DNA from: Eledone cirrhosa
Taxonomy: Eukaryota
DNA: 64,000 bases
Direction: 5' to 3'
Assembly: GCA_964016885.1 (NCBI GenBank)
Contig: OZ024742.1
Coordinates: forward strand, 139,066,001 to 139,130,000
This document shows positions 10,611-22,400 of this stretch, in pieces. Under the pieces are notes generated by a model. That model was not told the DNA's origin and did no database searches. It saw nothing but the letters and a program-made list of their open reading frames with translations. Positions within the stretch are counted from its first letter, which is position 1, and each line of letters opens with the position of its first letter. Both the position numbers and the translations under genes were made by a program.

Positions 10611-11208
10611 TGTATACTAATATATAATACCCTTGTGTATTTGTCCGTCACACACTAGAGATGACTGAGGAAGGAAGGGGTAATAACGTCGACTGAGGAA
10701 GGAAGGGGTAATAACGTCGACTGAGGAAGAAGGGGTGGCAGCGTCTAATATTTGCTACACCTGTGTGTGTGTGTCTATATGTATTGTGAATTGGCCACAC
10801 ACATTGGCTATTACGATTATATGTGTGTGTATATGTGTTTGTGCGTTTTTATTTAGAAAGATACATAGATAATAGAATTACAAACACACACGCATCTACA
10901 CATACATGTATATAAACTGACACATGTAGAAAAAATAATTATTACGTACACACATATCTATGTGATGACTGAGGAAGGAGGGAGTGAGAAACTATAGAAG
11001 TCCAGCGTTCTAAGATTTGTCACACATGTATGTGTGTATGTGTATGTGTAGCAAATTGGCTACACACATTGACAGTGTTTGTATGTTTGTATCACTTGTG
11101 TGAGCGAGTGCAAAAGAACTAACTAACCAACAAACAAATATCTCTTTATTTATATTCTGTATACATATTACAATTAGCCGTCATTTTTGACGGCACGTAG
11201 CCAACTAG
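10611..11208 (+). mobile_element. Non-autonomous Helitron-like element with internal tandem repeats
   Basis: 3' perfect hairpin GCCGTCA-TTTT-TGACGGC (11177-11194) followed by CTAG|T (11205-11209). The 5' TGTATACTAATATATAA resembles the TCTATACTA.. Helitron start, but that boundary is uncertain. Contains 28-bp repeats GACTGAGGAAGGAAGGGGTAATAACGTC at 10663, 10691 and 10719 (partial), and a diverged internal duplication at ~10965-11070. Confidence 0.68.
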
Positions 11209-11249
<41 letters not shown>

Positions 11250-11434
11250 ATTCGGGCTATATATATATAGTGATTTAAGCTATGTGGTAGCTTATATCAC
11301 ATAGGTATTTGTGTATTCAGTTGGTCTATTTTCATTTATATTTGGTTTGTTGAATGTTATTTCGCGCTGATTTCTCTTGATTGTTTTTTTTTTTTTAACA
11401 TTTCACTTCAAAAAACAATTACATTGCAACACTG

Positions 11435-11545
11435 GAGATATCATCATCATCGTCGTCATCCTCGCCCCCAACATCAATACTACTACCAGCACTATAACCT
11501 ATCCCGCCACCAACATTACCACCATAAACATCATCATCATCGTTT
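11435..11545. repeat. Degenerate (CAT/CAC/CAA)n low-complexity tract
   Basis: Trinucleotide-rich run that gives spurious His/Thr/Ile-rich ORFs. Confidence 0.8.
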
Positions 11546-11766
11546 TATCTCATTACACTTCCACCCATTTTCATACATAACACTAGGTTGTTGTCACACA
11601 TTGCGATGTAACTAAGCACGAAGCAATAAACACCTGTCAACCGTTGATCCCAGTAAAATCAGTGGCTTTGTCGATGAAGATAAGTGATATTAATTGGGAC
11701 GGCATGTTAAGACTTGGGTGTGGATCTATCATAATTTTTCATAAGTTAGAATAAATAAAATGGTAA

Positions 11767-12791
11767 TCTATATATATAAAGTTGTAGTTCCTGTCTGTTT
11801 GTTTGTTTGTTCACGAACTCCTCCTATGGTTTTGGACCCCATAACCATATATATTCTGAAACTACATTGTCCATTGCAATTGGATAAGTTTATTTCATTT
11901 TAATCAAAGGGTTTCCCGGGAGCACAAACCCCCGTTGAAAATGTTTTCCCTTCGATTTATATGAAATTTAAACCATATGTAAATGACAGAATATGATGCC
12001 TATTCACAAAATTTCAGCAAATTTCAATAATATTAAGACACCCTAATAGGGGATAAACCCTTTACAGTGAAACATTTGGCCAATAAATGGAACAAGATGT
12101 GTTGTAACAAGATTGCATGAGAACTTGATTGAAGCAACCATCATATTTGGGGCTTACAAAGGTCAAGTTCTTCTTATTCCGAGGATTCCACTTATACCAA
12201 GTGATAGCGAGTTCCTTTTACATTTAAGAGGCTGCAGTTCCCAGTGAGGTCATGCTTTGCCATGAACATCAATAAGAGTCAAGGTCAAACTTTCAAAACT
12301 ATTGGTATAGATCTGACAAACCCATGTTTCAGTCATGGCATGTTATATGTGGCTGTTTCAAGGACTGGAACTTCAAAAAACTCTACATTTTAGCCAATCA
12401 AAGAAAGACAAGAAATGTTGTTTACCCTGAAGTTCTTCATTAGGACAAAGTATGAAATATATTTTCATGTATTTATTATGTAAAAAAATAAATAATTAAA
12501 CTTTGAATTTCTAATTTGAAAATAATGCTTTACACAAAACTGAAATGATCAAGTTTTGAATTGATATTTTGAAAAATATTTACAAGAAACAAAATAAGAA
12601 TAAGATTTAATAATGTAATTTTGATTTGTTATATTACAAAAAATAATGTTTCCCAATTTTTCATGCATTACATTTTATATTGAAATGCAGAGTTTTTTTC
12701 CATAAATTATATCACTGATTTAAAATCAATCATAATTTTCTTACAAAAAATAAATGTGTGAAACGCAGCAAGGCGCGGGTAATTCGGCTAG
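11767..12791 (+). mobile_element. Internally deleted Helitron (1,025 bp) with both termini intact
   Basis: 5' A|TCTATATATATAAAG followed by a (GTCT/GTTT)n tract. 3' GC-rich CGCAGCAAGGCGCGGGT followed by CTAG|T (12788-12792). Contains a helicase C-terminal fragment. Confidence 0.9.
12086..12443 (+). pseudogene. Pif1-type Helitron helicase C-terminal fragment (two frameshifts); not in the supplied ORF track
   Basis: NGTRCVVTRLHENLIEATIIFGAYKGQVLLIPRIPLIPSD / [49 protein letters not shown] / [20 protein letters not shown]. Confidence 0.93.
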
Positions 12792-12963
12792 TTTATAATA
12801 AAAATGTAAACATCATCTGGCATATGTCAGACTGGCAGTGTAAGAAAGTTTAAAAGATTTTATGGTTTAACAGAATGTTTCGTATGTTTAGTAAAATCAT
12901 TTTAACGCTAAAAATTTAGCCATGGGTAAGACTCACGATTATATATTACTAATATGAAATGAA

Positions 12964-13065
12964 GGCGCATGGCCTAGTGGTTAGAGAATTGAAGTCGCAA
13001 TCGTGAGATTGAGATTTTGATTTTAATCTCCTGGCAATGGTTATATCTTTTATTTCACGTTGCAA
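12964..13065 (+). mobile_element. Degenerate tRNA-derived SINE head
   Basis: GGCGCATGGCCTAGTGGTTAG (A box), a decayed B box and a downstream TTTATTTCACGTTGC; no complete cloverleaf. Confidence 0.55.
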
Positions 13066-13235
13066 TTTCTGCCTGGGGTTGCGACCGCTAGATAGTATTA
13101 GCAATGGAAAGACCTATGGAAACAATGTTTGACGTGTTCCATCCCTGAATCTTGTCGATCAATTCGATCACTGGGAAGAAACGACTTTTCTATTGATGAG
13201 CTGTGCTCAAGTTAGAATCTTTCGGGCGAAATTGT

Positions 13236-13486
13236 ATGCATGTATGTATGCCTGTGTGCTTGCAAATTACAGTATGTATGTGTGTTTGTGAGAGGGAGAG
13301 TGTGTATGTGTGACAGGATGAGTATACATATGTGTGAGTGTGTATGGCAAGATGAGTGTGTATTATTGTGTGTGACAGGATATGTGTGTATGGTAGGATG
13401 AGTGTTTGTATGCCTGTATGTGCTTTTAAATGAGCATGTGCATGTATGTGTATGACAGGATGAGTGTACCTATGTGGATGTATTTA
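13236..13486. repeat. Degenerate TG-rich low-complexity tract with recurring GACAGGATGAGT-like words, abutting the satellite
   Basis: Read directly from the sequence. Confidence 0.8.
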
Positions 13487-16400
13487 TGCTGACAGCAATA
13501 CAATGTGTTACAAAGATAGTATTTATGTGACGTGACGTAGACTGTACTTCAACTGGCGTCACATAGACAGTATTGGTGTGAGGGCAGTGTACTTCAAATG
13601 GCGTTACATAGAGAGTATTGGTGTGACGGCAGTGTACTTGAACTGGCATCACATAGACAGTATTGGTGTGACGCCAGTGTACTTCAACTGGCGTTACGTA
13701 GAAAATATTGGTGTGACGGCAGTGTACTTCAACTGGCGTTACATAGACAGTGTTGGTGAGAGGGCAGTGTACTTCAAATGGCGTCACATAGACAGTATTG
13801 GTGTGACGGCAGTATACTTCAACTGGCGTTACATAGACAGTATTGGTGTGACGGCAGTGTACATCAACTGGCGTCACATAGAGAGTATTGGTGTGAGGGC
13901 AGTGTAATTCAACTGGCGTTACATAGACAGTATTGGTGAGAGGGCAGTGTACTTCAACTGGTGTTACATAGACAGTATTGGTGTGACGGCAGTGTACTTC
14001 AACTGGTGTGACGGCAGTGTACTTCAACTGGCGTTACATAGACAGTATTGGTGTGACGGCAGTGTACTTCAACTAGCATCACATAGACAGTATTTGTGTG
14101 ACGGCAGTATACTTCAACTGGCGTTACATAGACAGTATTGGTGTGACGGCAGTGTACTTCAACTGGCATCACATAGACAGTATTTGTGTGACGGAAGTAT
14201 ACTTCAACTGGCGTTACATAGACAGTATTGGTGTGAGGGCAGTGTACTTCAACTGGCGTTACATAGACAGTATTGGTGTGACGGCAGTGTAATTCAACTG
14301 GCGTTACATAGACAGTATTGGTGTGACGGCAGTGGAATTCAACTGGCGTCACATAGACAGTATTTGTGTGACGGCAGTATACTTCAACTGGCGTTACATA
14401 GACAGTATTGGTGTGACGGCAGTATACTTCAACTGGCGTTACATAAACAGTATTGGTGTGAAGGTAGTGTACTTCAACTGGCGTTACATAGACAGTATTG
14501 GTGTGAGGGCAATGTACTTCAACTGGTGTTACATAGAGAGTATTGGTGTAACGGCAGTGTAATTCAAATGGCGTTACATAAACTATTGGTGAGAGGGCAG
14601 TGTACTTCAACTGGTGTTACATAGACAGTATTGGTGTGACGGCAGTGTACTTCAACTGGCGTTACATAGACAGTATTGGTGTGAGGGCAATGTACTTCAA
14701 CTGGCGTTACATAGACAGTATTGATGTGAAGGCAGTGTACTTCAAATGGCGTTACATAGACAGTATTGATGTGACGGCAGTGTACTTCAACTGGCGTTAC
14801 ATAGACACTATTGGTGTGAGGTCAGTGTACTTCAACTGGCGTCACATAGACACTATTGGTGTGACGGCAGTATACTTCAGCTGGCGTTACATAGACAGTA
14901 TTGGTGTGACGGCAGTGTACTTCAACTGGCGTCACATAAACTATATTGGTGAGACGACAGCATACTTCAACTGGCGTTACATAAACAGTATTGGTGTGAC
15001 GGAAGTGTACTTCAACTGGTGTTACATAGACAGTATTGGTGTGACGGCAGTGTACTTCAACTGGCGTTACATAGACAGTATTGGTGAGAGGGCAGTGTAC
15101 TTCAACTGTTGTTACATAGACATTATTGGTGTGACGGCAGTGTACTTCAACTGGTGTTACATAGACAGTATTGGTGTGACGGCATTGTACTTCAACTGGT
15201 GTTACATAGAGAGTATTGGTGTAACGGCAGTGTAATTCAAATGGCGTTACATAAACTATTGGTGAGAGGGCAGTGTACTTCAACTGGTGTTACATAGACA
15301 GTATTGGTGTGACGGCAGTGTACTTCAACTGGCGTTACATAGACAGTATTGGTGTGAGGGCAATGTACTTCAACTGGCGTTACATAGACAGTATTGATGT
15401 GAAGGCAGTGTACTTCAAATGGCGTTACATAGACAGTATTGATGTGACGGCAGTGTACTTCAACTGGCGTTACATAGACACTATTGGTGTGAGGTCAGTG
15501 TACTTCAACTGGCGTCACATAGACACTATTGGTGTGACGGCAGTATACTTCAGCTGGCGTTACATAGACAGTATTGGTGTGACGGCAGTGTACTTCAACT
15601 GGCGTCACATAAACTATATTGGTGAGACGACAGCATACTTCAACTGGCGTTACATAAACAGTATTGGTGTGACGGAAGTGTACTTCAACTGGTGTTACAT
15701 AGACAGTATTGGTGTGACGGCAGTGTACTTCAACTGGCGTTACATAGACAGTATTGGTGAGAGGGCAGTGTACTTCAACTGTTGTTACATAGACATTATT
15801 GGTGTGACGGCAGTGTACTTCAACTGGTGTTACATAGACAGTGTTGGTGTGACGGCATTGTACTTCAACTGGCGTTACATAGACGGTATTGGTGTGAGGG
15901 CAATGTACTTCAACTGGCGTTACATAGACAGTATTGATGTGACGGCAGTGTACTTCAGCTGGCGTTACATAGACAGTATTGGCGTGAGGGAAGTGTGCTT
16001 CAAATGGCGTTACATAGACAGTATTGGTGTGACGGCAGTGTACTTCAACTGGCGTTACATAGACAGTATTGGTGTGACGGAAGTGTACTTCAACTGGCGT
16101 TACATAGACAGTATTGGTGTGACGGCAGTGTACTTTAACTGGCGTTACATAGACAGTATTGGTGAGAGGGCAGTGTATTTCAACTGGTGTTACATAGAGA
16201 GTATTGGTGTGACGGTAGTGTACTTCAACTGGCGTTACATAGAGAGTATTGGTGTGAGGGCAGTGTACTTCAATTGGCGTTACATAGACAGTATTGGTGA
16301 AAGGGCAGTGTACTTCAACTGGTGTTACATATACAGTATTGGTGTGCCGGCAGTATACTTCAACTGGCGTTACATAGACAGTATTGGTGTGAGGGCAGTG

Positions 16401-19400
16401 TACTTCAACTGGCGTTACATAGACAGTATTGATGTGACGGCAGTGTATTTCAACTGGGGTTACATAGACAGTATTGGTGTGAGGGCAGTGGGCTTCAAAT
16501 GACGTTACATAGACAGTATTGGTGTGACGGCAGTATACTTCAACTGGCGTTACATAGACAGTATTGGTGTGACGGCAGTATACTTCAATTGGCGTTACAT
16601 AGACAGTATTGGTGTGACGGCAGTATACTTCAACTGGCGTTACATAGACAGTATTGGTGAGAGGGCAGTGTACTTCAACTGGTGTTACATAGACAGTATT
16701 GGTGTGACGGCAGTATACTTCAACTGGCGTTACATAGACAGTATTGGTGAGAGGGCAGTGTACTTCAAATGGCGTTACATAGACAGTATTGGTGAGAGGG
16801 CAGTGTACTTCAACTGGTGTTACATAGACTATATTGGTGAGACGACAGTATACTTCAACTGGCGTTACATAAACAGTATTGGTGCGACGGAAGTGTACTT
16901 CAACTGCCGTTACATAGACAGTATTGGTGTGACGGCAGTGTACTTCAACTGGCGTTATATAGACAGTATTGGTGTGACGGCAGTGTAATTCAACTGGCGT
17001 CACATAGACAGTATTGGTGTGACAGCAGTATACTTCAACTGGCGTTACATAGACAGTATTTGTGTGACGGCAGTATACTTCAACTGGCGTTACATAAACA
17101 GTATTGGTGTGACGGTAGTGTACTTCAACTGGTGTTACATAGACAGTATTGGTGTGAGGGCAATGTACTTCAACTGGTGTTACATAGAGAGTATTTGTGT
17201 GACGGCAGTGTACTTCAAATGGCGTTACATAAACAGTATTGGTGAGAGGGCAGTGTACTTCAACTGCTGTTACATAGACAGTATTGGTGTGACGGCAGTG
17301 TACTTCAACTGGCGTTACATAGAGAGTATTGGTGTGATGGCAGTGTACTTCAATTGGCGTTAGATAAACATTATTGGTGAGAGGGCAGTGTACTTCAACT
17401 GGTGTTACATATACAGTATTGGTGTGACGGCAGTATACTTCAACTGGCGTTACATAGACAGTATTGGTGTGAGGGCAGTGTACTTCAACTGGCGTTACAT
17501 AGACAGTATTGATGTGACGGCAGTGTATTTCAACTGGGGTTACATAGACAGTATTGGTGTGAGGGCAGTGGGCTTCAAATGACGTTACATAGACAGTATT
17601 GGTGTGACGCCAGTATACTTCAACTGGCGTTACATAGACAGTATTGGTGTGACGGCAGTATACTTCAATTGGCGTTACATAGACAGTATTGGTGTGACGG
17701 CAGTATACTTCAACTGGCGTTACATAGACAGTATTGGTGAGAGGGCAGTGTACTTCAACTGGTGTTACATAGACAGTATTGGTGTGACGGCAGTATACTT
17801 CAACTGGCGTTACATAGACAGTATTGGTGAGAGGGCAGTGTACTTCAACTGGTGTTACATAGACTATATTGGTGAGACGACAGTATACTTCAACTGGCGT
17901 TACATAAACAGTATTGGTGTGACGGAAGTGTACTTCAACTGCCGTTACATAGACAGTATTGGTGTGACGGCAGTGTACTTCAACTGGCGTTATATAGACA
18001 GTATTGGTGTGACGGCAGTGTAATTCAACTGGCGTCACATAGACAGTATTGGTGTGACAGCAGTATACTTCAACTGGCGTTACATAGACAGTATTTGTGT
18101 GACGGCAGTATACTTCAACTGGCGTTACATAAACAGTATTGGTGTGACGGTAGTGTACTTCAACTGGTGTTACATAGACAGTATTGGTGTGAGGGCAATG
18201 TACTTCAACTGGTGTTACATAGAGAGTATTTGTGTGACGACAGTGTACTTCAAATGGCGTTACATAAACAGTATTGGTGAGAGGGCAGTGTACTTCAACT
18301 GCTGTTACATAGACAGTATTGGTGTGACGGCAGTGTACTTCAACTGGCGTTACATAGAGAGTATTGGTGTGACGGCAGTGTACTTCAAATGGCGTTAGAT
18401 AAACAGTATTGGTGAGAGGGCAGTGTACTTCAACTGCTGTTACATAGACAGTATTGGTGTGACGGCAGTGTACTTCAACTGGCGTTACATAGACAGTATT
18501 GGTGTGAGGGCAATGTACTTCAACTAGCGTTACATAGGGAGTATTGATGTGACGGCAGTGTACTTCAACTGGCGTTACATAGACAGTATTGGTGTGAGGG
18601 AAGTGTGCTTCAAATGGCGTTACATAGACAGTATTGATGTGACAGCAGTGTACTTCAACTGGCGTTACATAGACAGTATTGGTGTGAGGGACGTGTGCTT
18701 CAAATGGCGTTACATAGATAGTATTGGTGTGAAGGCAGTGTACTTCAACTGGCGTCACATACATTATATTGGTGAGACGACAGTATACATCAACTGGCGT
18801 TACATAAACAGTATTGGTGTGACGGAAGTGTACTTCAACTGGCGTTACATAGACAGTATTGATGTGACGGCAGTGTACTTCAACTGGCGTTACATAGACA
18901 ATATTGGTGTGTGGGAAGTGTGCTTCAAATGGCGTTAAATAGACAGTATTGGTGTGACGGAAGTGTACTTCAACTGGCGTTACATAGACAGTATTGGTGA
19001 GAGGGCAGTGTATTTCAACTGGTGTTACATAGACAGTATTGGTGTGACGGTAGTGTACTTCAACTGGCTTTACATATATAGTATTGATGTGACGGCAGTG
19101 TACTTCAACTGGCGTTACATAGACAGTATTGGTGTGAGGGCAGTGTGCTTCAAATGTCGTTATATAGACAGTATTGTGTGACGGCAGTGTACTTCAACTG
19201 GCGTTACATAGAGGGTATTGGTGTGAGGGCAGTGTACTTCAATTGGCGTTACATAGACAGTATTGGTGAGAGGGCAGTGTACTTCAACTGGTTTACATAG
19301 ACAGTATTGGTGTGACGGCAGTATACTTCAACTGGCGTTACATAGACAGTATTGATGTGACGGCAGTGTATTTCAACTGGGGTTACATAGACAGTATTGG

Positions 19401-22400
19401 TGTGAGGGCAGTGTGCTTCAAATGGCGTTACATAGACAGTATTGGTTTGACGGCAGTATACTTCAAATGGCGTTACATAGACAGTATTGGTGTGACGGCA
19501 GGATACTTCAACTGGCGTTACATAAACAGTATTGGTGTGACGGAACTGTACTTCAACTGGCGTTACATAGACAGTATTGATGTGACGGCAGTGTACTTCA
19601 ACTGGCGTTACATAGCCAGTATTCGCGTGAGGGCAGTGTGATTCAAATGGCGTTACATAGACAGTATTGGTGTGACGGCAGTGTACTTCAACTGGCGTAA
19701 CATAAAAACTATTGGTGTGACGGCAGTATACATCAACTGGCGTTACATAGACAGTATTGGTGTGACGGCAGTATACTTCAACTGGCGTTACATAGACAGT
19801 ATTGGTGTGACAGCAGTGTACTTCAACTGGCGTTACATAGAGAGTATTGATGTGACGGCAGTGTACTTCAACTGGCGTTACATAGACAGTATTGGTGTTA
19901 GAGAAGTGTGCTTCAAATGGCGTTACATAGACAGTATTGGTGTGACGGCAGTGTACTTCAACTGGCGTCACATAGACACTATTGGTGTGACGGCAGTATA
20001 CTTCAACTAGCGTTACATAGACAGTATTGGTGTGAGGGCAGTATACTTCAACTGGCGTCACATAGACACTATTGGTGTGACGGCAGTATACTTCAACTAG
20101 CGTTACATAAAGAGTATTGGAATGACGGAAGTGTACTTCAACTGGCGTTACATAGACAGTATTGGTGTGAGGGCAGTGTGCTTCAAATGGCGTTACATAG
20201 ACAGTATTGGTGTGACGGCAGTGTACTTCAACTGGCGTAACATAAACAGTATTGGTGTGACGGCAGTATGCATCAACTGGCGTCACATAGACACTATTGG
20301 TGTGACGGCAGTATACTTCAACTAGCGTTACATAAAAGTATTGGTGTGACGGAAGTGTACTTCAACTGGCGTTACATAGACAGTATTGATGTGACGGCAG
20401 TGTACTTCAACTGGCGTTACAAAGACAGTATTGCCGTGAGGGCAGTGTGCTTCAAATGGCGTTACATAGACAGTATTGGTGTGACGGCAGTATACTTCAA
20501 CTAGCGTTACATAAACAGTAATGGTGTGACGGTAGTGTACTTCAACTGGCGTAATATAGACTGTATTGGTGTGACGGCAGTGTACTTCAACTGGCGTCAC
20601 ATAGACTATATTGGTGAGACGACAGTATACTTCAACTGGCGTTACATAAACAGTATTGGTGTGACGGCAGTGTACTTCAACTGGCGTTACATAGACAGTA
20701 TTGGTGTGACGGAAGTGTACATCAACTGGCGTTACATAGACAGTATTGGTGAGAGGGCAGTGTATTTGAACTTGTGTTACATAGACAGTATTGGTGTGAC
20801 GGTAGTGTACTTCAACTGGCGTTACATAGAGAGTATTGGTGTGAGGGCAGTGTACTTCAATTAGCGATAAATAAACAGTATTGGTGAGAGGTCAGTTTAC
20901 TACAACTGGTGTTACATAGAAAGTATTGGTGTGACGGCAGTATACTTCAACTGGCGTTACATAGACAGTATTGGTGAGAAGGCAGTGTACTTCAACTGGT
21001 GTTACATAGACACTATTGGTGTGACGGCAGTGTACTTCAACAGGCGTTACATAGACAGTATTGGTGAGAGGACAGTGTACTTCAACTGGTGTTACATAGA
21101 CAGTATTGGTGTGGCGGCAGTGTATTTCAACTGGGGTTACATAGACAGTATTCGTGTGAGGCCAGTGTGCTTCAAATGACGTCACATAGACAGTATTGGT
21201 GTGACGGCAGTATACTTCAACTGGCGTTACATAGACAGTATTGGTGTGACGGCAGTATACTTCAACTGGCCTTACATAGACAGTATTGGTGAGAGGGCAG
21301 TGTACTTCAACTGGTGTTACATAGACAGTATTGGTGAGAGGGCAGTGTACTTCAACTGGTGTTACATAGACATTATTGGTGTGACAGCAGTATACTTCAA
21401 CTGGCGTTACATAGAGAGTATTGGTGTGACGGCAGTATACTTCAACTGGCGTTACATAAACAGTATTGGTGAGACGGTAGTGTACTTCAACTGGCGTTAC
21501 ATAGACAGTATTGGTGTGAGGGCAATGTACTTCAACTGGTGTTACATAGAGTGTATTGGTGTGACGGCAGTGTAGTTCAAATGGCGTTACATAAACAGAA
21601 ATGGTGAGAAGGCAGTGTACTTCAACTGGTGTTACATAGACAGTATTGGGGTGAGGGCAGTGTACTTCAACTGATGTTACATAGACAGTATTGATGTGAC
21701 GGCAGTGTATTTCAACTGGCGTTACATAGACAGTATTGGTGTGAGGGAAGTGTGCTTCAAATGGGGTTACATAGACAGTATTGTGTGACGGCATTGTACT
21801 TCAACTGGCGTTACTTAGACAATATTCGTGTGAGCGCAGTCTACTTCAATTGGCGTTACATAGACAGTATTGATGTGACGGCAGTGTACTTCAACTGGCG
21901 TTACATAGACAGTATTGGTGTGACGGCAGTGTACTTCAACTGGCGTCACATAAATTATATTGGTGAGACGACAGTATACTTCAACTGGCGTTACATAAAC
22001 AGTATTGATGTGAGAGATGTGTGCTTCAAATGTCGTTACATAGACAGTATTGGTGTGACGGCAGTGTACTTGAACTGGCGTCACATAGACTATATTGGTG
22101 AGACGACAGTTAACTTCAAATAGCGTTACATAAACAGTATTGGAGTCACGGAAGTGTACTTCAACTGGCGTTACATAGACAGTATTGGTGTGACGGCAGT
22201 GTACTTCAACTGGCGTTACATAGACAGTATTCGTGAGAGGGCAGTGTACTTCAACTGGTGTTACATAGACAGTATTAGTGTGACGGCAGTATACTTCACT
22301 GGCGTTACATAGACAGTATTGGTGAGAGGGCAGTGTACTTCAACTATGTTACATAGACAGTATTGGTGTGACGGCAGTGTACTTCAACTGGCTTTACATA

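Noticed and set aside
10663-11000. CTGAGGA words as hammerhead ribozyme cores
   Set aside because: No stem II can form after CTGAGGA (the following sequence is almost all purine), and GAAA/GUH are not correctly placed.
12964-13040. tRNA gene
   Set aside because: An A-box-like start is present but the T-arm/B box and acceptor stem are decayed; a SINE head explains it better.
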